A stretch of DNA of 62,005 bases, the filler included, from Stramenopiles sp. TOSAG23-3 (taxonomy: Eukaryota): NCBI GenBank assembly GCA_900128585.1. It is 12 parts of 12 records of this genome, joined end to end, with 100 filler letters (N's around TTAATTAATTAA, not from the genome) between each part and the next. Parts side by side here need not be neighbours in the genome. Positions count along the whole stretch, not along the records: positions 10,395 to 15,489 come from LT643613.1; positions 15,590 to 20,677 come from LT643614.1; positions 20,778 to 25,864 come from LT643615.1; 9 more parts are not named here. One strand, 5' to 3'. Of the stretch, positions 12,270-25,289 are shown in pieces. Each line of letters starts with the position of its first letter. The stretch's first letter is position 1. Position numbers and translations under genes: made by a program. A model generated the notes under the pieces. That model saw nothing but the letters and a program-made list of their open reading frames with translations. It was not told the origin of the DNA and searched no databases.

Positions 12270-15200
12270 TCATCGCTTCTGTTTCTGCAGCTTCTCCTTC
12301 TCCCGTCGCCTCAATTTCATTCTCTCTGCAATACTCAATTTACCAGGTGTTCTTCTTACTACAGCAGCAGCATCAGTTTTGTTAGTACGTTGTTTCATTG
12401 AAATTAATTTTGCACGTAAACGTTTAATTTCGTCATTTAAAACAACATTTTTTGTTTGGAGATCTTTAATTATTATCTTATTATCATTACTACTATTACT
12501 ACTAGATTTCTGCTTATTTCTATCGGCTCCCTTTGATTTATTTCTCAAATTACGTTTATTATTAAGTGAAGATGATAAAAACGAATGATTAGAATGTTGT
12601 GATCGATCTGTAACTATTTTTAATTTCTTTTGTAATTTAGCATGTTCATCCGTCATTACTAATAACATTGCTTTTACCTCTTCATGTTCTTTTTTATTAT
12701 ATTTCAATATTGATAAATCACTTTGTAATTTTTTAATTTTTTTACGTAAAACTTGTTCCGAACGTCTATTACTAGAAGCGGATGATATTAAACCAGAGGA
12801 ATCTTTTGTTCCACCACTGTTGCTTTTAAGTGAATTGTATAAACTAATATTTGCACTGCTACTATTACTACTATTCATCGATTCATTTAACAATTCAGCG
12901 AAATTCAATTTTCTATTTTTTTTCGCAATGTTTTTGCTATTACTATTAGATGCTTGTTGATTACGTCGTTGACTCGTATTACTTCTATTCCCGTTGCTGT
13001 TACTATTATTATTGTTATTATTGTTGCTGTTGTTATTATTAGAGGATGAAGCACTTAATTCATTTAATGATAATACCGGCAATTCGGATAAATCATTTTC
13101 TTTCACTTTCACTTCATCATCGATATATTTTATATCACTTTGAGCATCATCACCATCTGTTAATATAGTACATTGTATATATTTTGCATGTTTATTAAAG
13201 CCATATCTAGGACTTCGTGGGGATGGTGTAACTGGATTGTTCAATACAAATATTTGACGTTTTAAATCATTTATAATATTTGTCTTGTTTTCCATACTTT
13301 GATGGAAATTATTTAATCGAGTTAATGCAACTTCTTTTTCTTCCAATGCCTCCTTTGCTTTTACTTCACTTTCATGTAATTCTATACTAAATCGCTTACT
13401 TAATTTCCCATTTTCTAATTTCAACTCATTAATTTCTTCATATAATTTATCTTGTGAAGTATGAACATCATCCTTTGTTTCACTTAAATCATTTTCTAAT
13501 TTTTTATTTTTAATTGCAAACATACGTATTTGTGAATGTAAATGTAAAATATCTTGTTTATGTGCTTCGTTTTCTATACTCAATGCTTTGAAATCTTCCA
13601 TTTGTGTTGTAGTAGCATTGCGCCGCGCTTGAAGTTCTTTTTCTAACGTTTTAATAGTAAATTGCAATTCTTGTGTAATTGCAGCTGATGTTTCTTCATC
13701 TTTTTTATTGTTTTTGATATTCTTCTCCTCTTGAAGTTGTTTCTCTTTTTCTGCCGCATCTTCTTTTAACATCAATTTATTAATATGTTCATGAAACTCT
13801 TCGATTTGTTCTTCATATTTTTGTTCTTGTTCTTCAATCTGTTTTTTATGTTTTACATGTATATCTTCTACTTCTTTGATTTGCACATTAATAAAAACTT
13901 CATATTCTTTATTTTGATTCTTTAACGAGTCAATTTCTTCTTTTAATGTCATTTCTTGATTTTGTGCATGTTTTAGTTGTTGTTTTTGTACATTTTCATG
14001 TTCTGTCATATTAATTTGTAATTTTGCTTGTACCTCTTCCAATGTCGTTTGCGTCGTATTATATTTTATTTCCATTCGATTGATATTTTCCTGTAATTTT
14101 GTTGTAGTCGTTTTATGTTTTCTTTCTACATCTTTTATTTTGGCTTCTGTTTCTGTTTTTTCTTGCTCTAACTTGACAACAAATATATTTAATTCATCAA
14201 TTTGTTGATTTAATTTGATCAATTCATTTGACTGATTTGTATTTGTTTCTTCCAACTTGACATGGTTTAATGTTGCTATGTTTAAATTAGATGTTAACTC
14301 CGTGATTTGATTCTTTAAATTTTTTGTTTCCTCTTGATGCATAGTATTAATTATATCTTGTTCATTTTTTATACCAGTAGTCATTTGTTCTTTTAATGAT
14401 GCAATGGTATTTTCATATTGTTCTTTTTCCGATTGAAGATTACGTATATCTTCCAGCGAATCTTCCAATTTTGTTTCAAGTGTTTTAATTGTTTCTGAAT
14501 GTTCATTTACAACTTTTTCATATTTATCAATTGTTTGTTCCATCAATGATTGATGTTTACTTGTTATATCCGATATATTACTTTGTAATAAATTATCATT
14601 GCCAACTTTGTATTGTTCTTTCAATGTTGATAAGTCTGTACCATGTTGTTCTTTCAATGCTGATAATTCTGTACCATGTTGTTCTTTCAATGTTGATAAT
14701 TCTGTACTATGTTGTTCTTTCAATGTTGATAATTCTGTACTATGTTCTGTTGTCATTGTAACAATATCATTATCATAATTTGTTTTCATGATATTCATAT
14801 CCTCATTATGCTTTCTTTTCATAACGTTTATATTTTCTTCATGTTTTCTAACAAGGTTTTGCATGTTTTCTTGATGTTTTATCGTCATCTTAGATAGTAT
14901 TTCTTCATGTTTACTTGTAACATCTCCTAATAATGTTTGATGTGTTGCTTTTAACGTTTCCAGTTGATTCATATACTCATTTTCCATTGTACTAAGTTTT
15001 TCATCATGTTTATTGATTGTATTCTTATGCAATGTCTCGTGTGTTTTTAAAAACGTTGTATGTTGTGTTATTTGTTGATTTAATTTTTGAATTTCAACTT
15101 GTTTGTTTCCAAGTTCCACATCAAATTGTTCTTGTTTTTGAACTAATAACGTTTGCGCTTCTTGTAATTCCGTTTCTAATGAAGTAACATTACCCATTAA

Positions 15201-15489
15201 ATCTGCAACGGTGGTACAACTATCATTGTATTTTTCTGTCATTTGTTCTAATAATAATAATGAAGTTTGATTATTAATATCGTCCTCATTATTCGTGGTA
15301 GTAGTATTACCAGCATTCTCATCATTTGCCGTATTTGTTGATATGGAAGATAATTTATTGATTAATATTTCATTTTCATCTTTTGATGTTAATAATAAAT
15401 TTTGAGATTCACTTAATTGTGTTTCTAAATTTTTAATCAAATTTGATTTACTTTGTAATTCTTCAGTTAAATGTTCCATTTCTCCTGAC
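12270..15489 (-). CDS. Long coiled-coil protein, 5'-partial
   Basis: 1069-aa ORF running to the contig end; E/K/Q/L heptads and Asn/Ser low-complexity tracts. Confidence 0.85.
14613..14747 (-). repeat. 33-nt coding tandem repeat (about 4 copies, EQH[SG]TELSTLK)
   Basis: Repeated TGTTCTTTCAATG(T/C)TGATAA units on the + strand. Confidence 0.9.
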
Positions 15490-15687
15490 NNNNNNNNNNN
15501 NNNNNNNNNNNNNNNNNNNNNNNNNNNNNNNNNTTAATTAATTAANNNNNNNNNNNNNNNNNNNNNNNNNNNNNNNNNNNNNNNNNNNNGTTGGGGTACA
15601 TGATGATGATAGATATGCACATGAGATCGATGATGATTGTGTGATTATTTTATTATTATTAGACTTTTATTTTATTTTTTAGAGACC

Positions 15688-15935
15688 CTTCTTCTTCTTG
15701 TTCCTTTTCTTTCTTCTTCTTGTTCCTTTTCTTTCTTCTTCTTGTTCCTTTTCTTTCTTCTTCTTCTTCTTCTTCTTCTTCTTCTTCTTCTTCTTCTTCT
15801 TTCTTCTTCTTCTTCTTCTTCTTGTTCCTTTTCTTTCTTCTTCTTCTTCTTCTTCTTCCTTCTTCTTCTTCTTCTTCTTCTTCTTCTTCTTCTTCTTCTT
15901 CTTCTTCTTCCTCCTCCTCCTTCCTCCTCTTCGTC
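15688..15935. repeat. (TTC)n low-complexity tract with TTGTTCCTTTTCT subunits
   Basis: Direct reading; overlapping poly-F/L/K/S ORFs are spurious. Confidence 0.95.
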
Positions 15936-16988
15936 GATGATCTCGTTTCAAACCCTATACACTAACTCTACATATATCCATATTATAACAGGCAAACACT
16001 ATAACAGATTTAATATAGAAATAGTATATGATATAAAATTGAATACTCCTCGGTCTATTTAATTGTACATTAAGCCAAGGTAGAAGACATTCAATAAACG
16101 CTGGAATAGGGACGTTTCTCTTCATTGATTTTGTATTGTAATAAGCAAATGTGTCCATTCATTTTATAATAATTAATAACATGAAAACAACACTAAGAAT
16201 AGTTCAATGGATTGTATTGTATTTATATGTATAATACGAATACAATGAGAAGAACGTTTTAAACTTCATCGATGAAAAAAGTACATAAATAACGAATGAA
16301 TTTTTTTAAATATTTAATATAGACATAGCAAAGATATTATTTCAAACTATTAAATAGGATTAGTAAGGTACATTTAAACAAATATCCCATTTCAATACTA
16401 TGCCTATGTAATGAAATATATAAATGATAAACTGTAAATTGCATTATTTGGGATGAAGTAATTTAATAATTCAATGCTATTTCTATATTATAAATATATA
16501 TTTTATTAAAAGATGAAATGTAAAAATTATTTATCAAGGACACACTATGGCAAAGAGAGAGGCAATTAAGAATAATATGAACTTAGCATAGCAGTCATCA
16601 GCTCTTTTTCTATCTGGTTTGTTGTTCTGGGAAAAAAGACGAGTACTTTCATATTAACATAGACATATCATCGTCACTATTTTAAAATTAAATTAGGAAG
16701 AAGAAGTTAGAAAAAAAAAAGAAGAGAAGAAGAGTATAATACACCACATAATAATAAGAAGAAGGAAGAAAAGAAAGAAAGCAAGAGAAAGAAAGAAAGA
16801 AAACATTGGAGTTCGTTAGTCGTTTAATACCCAACCCACTCTTCCGTTGTATCAATGCAATCTATTTCATTATCATTGTTGGTTTTACGATTTATGTCAA
16901 ACCAACCGTTTAAAATACATTAAACGAAAGCATTTACATTGTGTCAAAAAGCCAGTCAACAAACAACCACGAACCAGCTCAGCCCAGG

Positions 16989-17846
16989 ATGCCAAGAATC
17001 ACGATAAAGAAGGCGAATGATCCCATCGAGCAAGCAAAAACATTGCAGCTGTCGAAAGATCTTGCTGCCATTGCTGTCCCGAATGGATTGTTCGAAGGTA
17101 GCACGGACAAGCGCGCGCAGTACTGGGAGAAAATGTTCCAGGCCCTTGTCCACTACAAAGCCCTTACCGGGAACGCCGACCCGTTGCAGAAGTACAAGTT
17201 CGTGCTTCACGGGCAAGACAAGAGCTTGAATCTAGGAACCTGGTGCGACAACCAGCGCCGGCTGAAGAAGAAGGGAAGCCTGAACCCCGAAAAGGTCGAG
17301 CGCCTCAACGTACTCGGCTTCCACTGGAAGCCGAAGAGCAGTAGCTGGGACCAGTCGTTCGCAATTCTGCAGTCGTACAAGGCTAAAAACGGAGGACGCG
17401 ACCCGCCCCAGAGCCACGTTTGCGAGAACGGCCTGAAACTAGGAAACTGGTGCAACCAACAGCGGCGCCAGCAGAAACGCCGCCAGCTCGAGAAGGACCG
17501 CGAGGACCGCCTCAATAGCGTCAACTTTTCGTGGAACCCATGGCAAGGATCTTACGAAGCGCACTTCAACGCTTTGGTCGCCTATAGAACAGAGAACAAC
17601 GGCAAGGACCCAGGCGTTCAATACGTCGCCAAAGGGGACGGAAACAACCCCTCCTTGAACCTAGGGTACTGGTGCAAGCGTCAAAAGGAAATGTACAGAC
17701 GCGGTAAATTATCGCAAGAAAAGATTGACCAGCTGCTAGCCCTCGGCTTCGGTCTTAAATTCTGTAGAAAACCGCGTGGAATCCAGGTCGCAAAAGCGAA
17801 TGCTTTGAAGAAGCAGGAAGAGCAGCACCACTCGCAAATGATCTAA
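16989..17846 (+). CDS. Helicase-associated (HA) domain repeat protein, 3 repeats, no helicase core
   Basis: Three W...F..L..YK....P....LG.WC..QR....G.L..E....L..LGF.W type units; first ATG at 16989. Confidence 0.88.
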   Translation: MPRITIKKANDPIEQAKTLQLSKDLAAIAVPNGLFEGSTDKRAQYWEKMFQALVHYKALTGNADPLQKYKFVLHGQDKSLNLGTWCDNQRRLKKKGSLNPEKVERLNVLGFHWKPKSSSWDQSFAILQSYKAKNGGRDPPQSHVCENGLKLGNWCNQQRRQQKRRQLEKDREDRLNSVNFSWNPWQGSYEAHFNALVAYRTENNGKDPGVQYVAKGDGNNPSLNLGYWCKRQKEMYRRGKLSQEKIDQLLALGFGLKFCRKPRGIQVAKANALKKQEEQHHSQMI

Positions 17847-18224
17847 ATTGTTTGCCCAGCTCCGTGCGCGGCCCCGTCCCCTACTACAGCACGCGATTAA
17901 ACGTGCGCGATGGCAGTCTCTTTTCTCTCTCAGCCAGATTGAGGAAATTCGTTCACATCGCTCTGCGTCACTACTAAAACATTGTTATTATTGAGATTAC
18001 TTCTAGTACATAAAAGTTAATCATAAAACTAGTTCCAAGATTTACGAGGAATTTTAAAATTTAAATTAAGCTCAGCTTGACATATATAATGACTTATTTT
18101 TTGATTCTTGAGAATGGGGGCACTGGTCTGTGGGTCTCTTCCGTATGGTAACATATCTCAATGATATGGCATTTCAAAGTTTACCCATCATACACCCGAC
18201 CCGACCCGGTCTACTTTCCTGCGT

Positions 18225-19133
18225 TCACAGCGCATCTCCGCCCACGTCGATCGAGACCATTCCCGCAGACCCACCATCGAGTGCATCCGAGTTTGCCAGC
18301 TCAACGCTCAGTGGAGTCTCCATGTTGATGGATTTGATGATTCTTCCCAGCCAGCAAACCCAAACAGGCAACAGAATTATGAACAGCACCAGTTTCGTGA
18401 AGATCTCCAAGACCATGAAGATTCTCCAATTTGCGTACCTAAGAATGGACACGAAAAAGTCAAAGTAGCACAGGCCTCCCATAACGTGGCTGAGAAGGCC
18501 ATGGCGGAGGTTCGTATAACCGGTTGAGCGCGCCAGGCCGCCAAGAATGTTCATCGCAACCCCAAGAATGATCGAGTCAAACGCACCCATCCACAGGCGG
18601 TGGGACTCGGTCATCCGGTACGAGATTTCAAGGCTCTGGATTGCGCCGAACCCGCCATCACTTGTGTGGTTGACGGCGACGCTTTTCGTAAGGGGGTGCC
18701 AAGTGCTCATGTAGTCGCCGACACCAACAGCACCGGCATTGAAGGTCATATCGACAGATACCATGACCGCAAGAAGCGCGAAAGCAGCTGGGGGGATCCT
18801 CCCGAGTATGGAGTGTTTCCCGACGTGTTCGCTGAACACAGAAATTGGAAGCCACAGTGCCACCCAGCCGATCATTTCAAACAAGCTGCCGAATACGCCA
18901 AAGAAGTTGCCCCTTCTCCGGCCTTCCCACAAACTTTCAAGAACGTCCACGTCGAGCTCTTTGTACTTTTCGTAGTCCATTTTTCCTCGATTAGAATGTT
19001 CAATAAACTTTTGGACAATAATCAAGGCTTGCCCGAGGACAATAAACAAACCTGCCCCGTAGGCAAGTTTCGAGACAGTGCGCATATCGAAGGTCTTCCG
19101 TTCAGAGCGGGACGAAGCACTAAGTTTCCCCAT
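18225..19133 (-). CDS. Multi-pass membrane protein of unknown function
   Basis: 302-aa ORF with about 6 hydrophobic helices and coding-like GC between AT-rich flanks. Confidence 0.75.
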   Translation of the reverse strand: MGKLSASSRSERKTFDMRTVSKLAYGAGLFIVLGQALIIVQKFIEHSNRGKMDYEKYKELDVDVLESLWEGRRRGNFFGVFGSLFEMIGWVALWLPISVFSEHVGKHSILGRIPPAAFALLAVMVSVDMTFNAGAVGVGDYMSTWHPLTKSVAVNHTSDGGFGAIQSLEISYRMTESHRLWMGAFDSIILGVAMNILGGLARSTGYTNLRHGLLSHVMGGLCYFDFFVSILRYANWRIFMVLEIFTKLVLFIILLPVWVCWLGRIIKSINMETPLSVELANSDALDGGSAGMVSIDVGGDAL

Positions 19134-19319
19134 CTTTCTGCAATAGAATTCTTACACTCTGGTTTCAAAAGGTATATCCAACGAATATTGTTTACAAATG
19201 GTATCTTCTTACGTTTTCCTTATTATTAAATCTTTCTTTATCTATCTTTCTTTCTTTCTTTCCTAATAAATATAATATGGTATATAAAATATGTAATCAA
19301 GAATGTGAACACGAGCGAA

Positions 19320-19545
19320 AAAAGAAATGAAGAAGAAAGAAGATCCTATAATAATAAAAATAATATTAAAGAAGAAGAAAGAAAAGAAGAGGAGGAGGAT
19401 AGAAGAAGAGACTGAGAAGAAAAAAATAAAAATATAAAATGTGTTGAAGAAGAAGAAAGAAGAAGAAGAAGAAAGAAGAAGAAGAAGAAGAAGAAGAAGA
19501 AGAAGAAGAAGAAGAAGAAGAAGAGAAAGAAGAAGAAAGAGAAAT
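19320..19545. repeat. (GAA)n purine-rich tract between divergent genes
   Basis: Direct reading. Confidence 0.9.
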
Positions 19546-19904
19546 AATCTTCCTTCTTCTATCTTCACTTATTTACACTTAGGTATTAGTACTCTAATTA
19601 ATAATAAAATGTTTGGTCAATCCAGCCCTATCTATATTATACGAGGAGGAGGGATTGAATTGTTGTTGTTGAATAATTTTGTTGGTTTGTCGTTTTTTTT
19701 GTAATTTAAATTTATCCTAATAAAGTTTAGAAGAAAAAGAATAGTAATGTTTAATTTGTTCTCTGAAAACTATCTGTAGTCGTCACGGGGTTGAGAATTC
19801 TAAAGGTGTACGGTTGGTAACTTTTTAATTTTTCTCCCATCAATTTCTTTGCATTTGAACAGGGGAGGTTGAGGTTGCTCTGAACCAGTGTACAGTATAT
19901 ACAT

Positions 19905-20677
19905 ATGGCGGCCTCATCGTCGTCGTCTTCAAACTTTGTGGAGACGGCCCTTCACCGGTATAAATTTTTGTTGTTGATTGATTTAGCACAGGGGAGCGAT
20001 TGTTCAAGAGGGGCGAAGAAGGCCTTTGATCCATTGCCCGAATGGCGATCACCGGAATTTGCAGATGAGCTGAAGGTTGCTGTGGGACGGCTGCTCGTTT
20101 CAGTCATTAAGAATCACATAAAAGGAGCAGACCCGTTAGACGACGAGAGCGGGGCATCCCTCCGAAAAACCCTAGAAATCGAATGGACATTTCGATTGTT
20201 TCACTCTTCGCTACAAATTTCATGCAACGAAATTGCAGGTCACATTTTACAAGGGCCACAGACGCAACGGATGAATTGGAACGACCCTTTCAGCGAGGCG
20301 TCAATCGAGTCTTTGGACAATTTTCACGGTGCCTTGCGGTCCCTGTTGGAACGCAAGCACAACGAATTTTTGACGCGCGCGGCCAAGCGAGAATCGTCTA
20401 ACCCAGCGCAAAAAGGGTCTCGCGAACATTCGGGGGCATCCTCATGCACCCCACATCTGCGCAGTCGGGGAGCGGTCTCCCGGTCGTTTATGGATATAAT
20501 GAAGGACTCAGAGTGGTCAGGTTTGAATTTTGAGGACGAGTCAGATAACGTTATGGGACACAACTCAATTTGTTTGTTTGCCGAGGTACCGGACGAACCG
20601 CTTGCTCTGCACAGAATGTTTCACGGATCGGTTGGAACTTCCAGAGACGACGGCCGGCGGCAAGGGACAGATCTACT
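19905..20677 (+). CDS. Hypothetical protein, 3'-truncated
   Basis: ORF runs into the spacer; no motif recognised. Confidence 0.65.
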
Positions 20678-20777
20678 NNNNNNNNNNNNNNNNNNNNNNN
20701 NNNNNNNNNNNNNNNNNNNNNTTAATTAATTAANNNNNNNNNNNNNNNNNNNNNNNNNNNNNNNNNNNNNNNNNNNN

Positions 20778-21771
20778 CATCAGAAAGATTCTATACTCTG
20801 ATTTTGGCTCGAAGCTAATGTCCTGGTTAGAGACCAAAGCAACCCCCAACGACTTTTTGAAAGGAAAAAACAAAAGACCTAGTTTGGAAAAAATGCTATT
20901 TGCATCCCTGGTGTCACACATGAACTTGTGGCAAAATATTGAAACCATGATGGCATCGGAGCCTTCGCAAAAACTGACTTTGGTATGGCGATGCATATTG
21001 AAATTTCGGAACTGGATTCGGCAAGAACGGCAATCGTATATACGAAAGGAGAAAGAGGCCCAGCTCAAAACCCCGCTGGTAGGGCCCACCACCGAAAATA
21101 ACCTTATGCCGTCTGACGAACCCAAAAGTGTTGCAGTGGAAGATGTTTCTTTCTCTCTAGGAGACAGCGCTTACACTAATGACTCGGGTGTCCATGCATC
21201 GACCCAAAATTCTACTTTTCGTGATGCCCCAGGCCCAGCAGTGTCAAGAAATTCGTTTAGCGTTTTAGTAGCGGACGATGGTGAAAGCGAAGATGACCTT
21301 GATGACGACTACGAACCGGCTGCCACTTATGCTCTGGAGAATGATGATCAATTTGACTCTGAGGATGACATTATTAGTGAGGAGGAGGAGGAGGAGGACG
21401 ACGACGACGAGGAGGAGGAGGAAGAAGATTACGAAGATTTAGAGTCAACGTCTAGTGCAAGTATTGTTAGCGACGAGAGAGACCCTTGGAGCAGACCGAA
21501 TATTTCGATAACTGGGGTTCGGGTATCTAGAACAGATGACCGCAGTGGAGCGCAATCAACTCGCAACGAAGTGAGGGCGCTTGATACAATCTTGTACAAG
21601 AAACAAAAGAAATTGTGGGAGACAGTGAATGCTCCCGAAAGTTTTGACAATTTTTGTGGGGTTGTTGAGCAGCGGATAATGTTCACAATATGTCTTGTGG
21701 TTGAGGACAACCGACAACACAGTGAGAATACCGAAAAAAGCTTAATGTTATACATTTTCCAAGGGACATGA
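20778..21771 (+). CDS. Hypothetical protein with acidic tract, probably 5'-truncated
   Basis: 317-aa ORF with a long D/E run; no motif recognised. Confidence 0.65.
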
Positions 21772-22009
21772 CTAAAAGAATAAAATGTATACCAAATCAA
21801 TTTCAAACTGTGAGTTGTGTATTATAGACTATTATATTATTTAATTATTATTTTTTTTTGTGATTCTTTTTTTTTTTTCTTCGGATGATGATGATGATGT
21901 GATACGTACGTACGTACAGAATATGACGAGCAAGAGAGACGACAATTTTAAAAAAAGGAGCAGCAACAACAAAGCAATGATGATTCGGAAAATCCAATAC
22001 AAGAAGACA

Positions 22010-22025
22010 AAAAAAGAAAGAAGGA

Positions 22026-22075
<50 letters not shown>

Positions 22076-22258
22076 CAAAGAAACAAACAAAGAAACAAAC
22101 AAAGAAACAAACAAAGAAACAAACAAAGAAACAAACAAAGAAACAAAGAAAGAAACAAAGAAACAAACAAAGAAAACAAACAAAGAAACAAACAAAGAAA
22201 CAAACAAAGAAACAAAGAAACAAACAAAGAAACAAACAAAGAAACAAAGAAACAAACA

Positions 22259-22304
<46 letters not shown>

Positions 22305-22318
22305 GAAAGAAAGAAAGA
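22010..22318. repeat. Compound microsatellite (GAAA)n / (AAAGAAACAAAC)n
   Basis: Direct reading. Confidence 0.95.
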
Positions 22319-23443
22319 TCATTTGAGTCATCATCATACAATTGTGTGCTGTGACCATGTATTAAATTCATTTATATTTCTTTTTATTTAGTCGTCTAAG
22401 CTGTGTAGTAAGTAAGTGTAAAACATTCCTTATAAAATCGAACAATATTCGAAATAGAGGGATAGACAATGAAAACCATGAAAAAAAGGAAGCGATGTGA
22501 ATTATTCCTATAAACACAGTCATAATTATAGTAAAATGTACGTTTACAATACAAAGCTTCATTTTCTATTTTGGAAGGAATTATAGAAATCCCTTGTGCG
22601 TTATTTATTATTATTGTATCCATGTATTGAAATAGCAAGAGTCTACCAGGAAGCTACGAATAAAGAAGGAAGAATACGAATACATGACTAAATGAAGAAG
22701 CAGAAAATGAGGGGATGAAAAGGAGGTGTCATTTTATTTTAATAGGATTATATTGTACTTATATATAGATAGAGAATAGGATATTATTCTACCGTAGTTC
22801 TGTTATTTTAGTCGTTCTGGCAACTGGGACTGACACTGACACACACATCTAAATATTAATACTAATACTAACACAACATCACCCTCCTCTTCTATTGTAA
22901 TAAGTAATTAAAATAAAAAACAACCAAGCTACTGTACCTTGGCCGCCCTTCTTCATTTTTAGATAGAGGAGCGCTATTTCTAGAGGAGCGCTACCGGTAC
23001 GGTTTTAAAGTGCCGTACATATTCACATCATCTGTTATTCGTTCATTCGTTCTTCTTCTTTTTTTTTATTTTATTTATTTATTTTATTATAGCTCTACTC
23101 TACTGTATTTATTTATTTCGCTCCTCCTCTTGCTTCCTTCTCCTTCTATCTATCGGTACCGGTACCCTCCTGTCCTCCTGTGCTGTACAGTTTATTTTTT
23201 GCCTCGGTCGGTCGGTCCTCGGGTCGTCCTCCTCGTCGTCGTCGGCGGGGCGGCGATCGATCAGTGGTGCAAATTATTATTAAAATATCTTCTCAAGATA
23301 ATTTTACATGAAGACAAAGAATGTAAATGTGCGTGTGATTAAGAGACTGAACAATTCGCAATGTTTATTTGTTCTTCACGCCGCAATATTTCCCGATTTG
23401 TTCATCCCCTTGTCGAAGTGGAACAGTAACTCAGTATTCTAAT

Positions 23444-25126
23444 ATGCGTACCTCTCCCTTGCATAATAATCGGCGGCGACGCCAATCCGGGAGACCCTCG
23501 AACTCCTTTGCGCGAAAACTTTTTGTCATTGCAAACTTTGTTGCACTGTCATTTTTGTGGGATGGCGGCGCTGATGTGTACTGCCGCGTGGCGGCAAAAC
23601 TGATCAGAGGCGGGGCGAAGACAGACGACATCAGCAACCTTCTCGAGAAATCCACGGAGTCGCTGCTGGAACATGGCCACGGTGTAAAGCACGACGAAGA
23701 TGACGTGCACGACCACCTGCACCCGACGAAGAACCACGGTCACCGAGTTGGCCCAGGTCATCACGCCGACCACCCGTCCAACCACAAGAACCTTCACCCG
23801 CCGTCCGAGCACATGGACGACCACACGCACGAGAAGCACGAAAAACCGCACCCAAAGGAGAAGAAAAAGTTTGTCCAGAGTTACGCCGCAGGGCCACCGC
23901 CCTCGGACTTCTGGACGGGTGGGACCGGTAAGAAAGTTCCCTCGTTGGACGACCTGGCCCCGGATCCGGAGGAATTAAAAGTCCGGCCGCTGCTTTCCCT
24001 TGTAATGATTGTTCATAATGAGGCACAGTCTATCGGCGGCATCGTCGATTCTTGCAAAGGTGTCGTCGACCGGTATACGATAATTGATACCGGAAGTGAC
24101 GATGGGACCCCGGATATCATAAAGGAGCGGTTCGGCGACACTCCTGGCCAGGTCATTTCCGAACCGTTCGTTGATTTTGCAACGTCTCGTAACCGAGCAA
24201 TTGAGCTAGAAGGGACGCAGTCGGTCTTCGCGCTGATGTTGAGTGGTGATGAGTACCTTCGAGAGGGCTCGGCGCTTCGAAAGTATTTGGAAGCCCACCG
24301 ATCCTGGGACTGGACGAAGAAATCTCACCATGAGGCGTACAACATGAGAATATTGTACTCGACGGACGTGTACGATTCCACCCGAGTTCACCGGACGGAT
24401 GCACGCTGGTTTTATGTCGGTGTCACCCACGAATACATGACGAACCATCGAAAGAACGTGGCAATCCGCCGCATCGATTTTGAGGGGACCATCCCTGCTG
24501 TTTTCCACGACCTCTCAACTAGTAACCATGCCCACAAATTGATCCGCTGGGGAAAGGACCGCGATTTGCTGAAGAAAGAATGGGAACGTAACCCAAACCG
24601 CACTCGAACCGCGTTCTACTTGGCCCAAAGTTACGAATGCCTTGGGGATTACCCAAATGCGTTTAAATGGTACGGCAAGCGATGGCAGCTAAAGGGGTGG
24701 AACGAGGAGGCTTACGAAGCGAGGTTCCGAATGGCGCGCGTTTCCAGGCACTTGGGCTACTCTTGGGCAGAAACCATGAACATGTACCTGTCTGCCCATG
24801 GGTACCTACCCGCCCGAGTCGAGCCTCTGTATGCAATTGGGCACTACTACTACCATGAAGCCCAACCGCGCAACAACCACTTGGCTTTTATATTTTTGCA
24901 ACGAGGTTTTCAAATTCCTTTTCCGACAAACCTTCGTTTGTTTTTGGACAAACCAAAATGGGACTACCATATACCAGATCTGCTAGGCATCACTGCGTAC
25001 TGGATCGGTGAGTACAAGGTTGGGATTGAAGGGGTAAAGAAAGCCCTGAAATACAAGCCAGGGGATAAGCGATTGTTGAAAAACCTGAAATTCTATCGAC
25101 AAAAAATGGGTGACCCCTTGGCTTAA
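23444..25126 (+). CDS. GT2-family glycosyltransferase with C-terminal TPRs and His-rich stem
   Basis: LSLVMIVHNEA, IIDTGSDDGT, FVDFATSRN, GVTHEY; TPR-like FYLAQSY and EPLYAIGHYY; N-terminal hydrophobic anchor. The DxD motif appears as SGDE. Confidence 0.88.
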   Translation: MRTSPLHNNRRRRQSGRPSNSFARKLFVIANFVALSFLWDGGADVYCRVAAKLIRGGAKTDDISNLLEKSTESLLEHGHGVKHDEDDVHDHLHPTKNHGHRVGPGHHADHPSNHKNLHPPSEHMDDHTHEKHEKPHPKEKKKFVQSYAAGPPPSDFWTGGTGKKVPSLDDLAPDPEELKVRPLLSLVMIVHNEAQSIGGIVDSCKGVVDRYTIIDTGSDDGTPDIIKERFGDTPGQVISEPFVDFATSRNRAIELEGTQSVFALMLSGDEYLREGSALRKYLEAHRSWDWTKKSHHEAYNMRILYSTDVYDSTRVHRTDARWFYVGVTHEYMTNHRKNVAIRRIDFEGTIPAVFHDLSTSNHAHKLIRWGKDRDLLKKEWERNPNRTRTAFYLAQSYECLGDYPNAFKWYGKRWQLKGWNEEAYEARFRMARVSRHLGYSWAETMNMYLSAHGYLPARVEPLYAIGHYYYHEAQPRNNHLAFIFLQRGFQIPFPTNLRLFLDKPKWDYHIPDLLGITAYWIGEYKVGIEGVKKALKYKPGDKRLLKNLKFYRQKMGDPLA

Positions 25127-25289
25127 AAGGTGTTGTGTTTAACTTGACAAAAATTGGATCGCCTTTTAGGAAAGCGGGGTAAATAAAAATAGGAAGAAGC
25201 TACAGCACGCCATGCGAATGTTTAAAGAACTGTACTACGCCGGATCATTCTTGAATATCTGATAAATGTACAGTTTTACCGTGTTAAAA

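Noticed and set aside
15637-16062. Poly-L/F/K/S ORFs here and at 19263-19704, 21841-22371, 43613-43847, 51191-51988 and 55431-55681
   Set aside because: Translations of microsatellites.
19905-21771. One gene spanning the gap at 20678-20777
   Set aside because: The gap is a contig linker, so the two partial ORFs are not shown to be connected.
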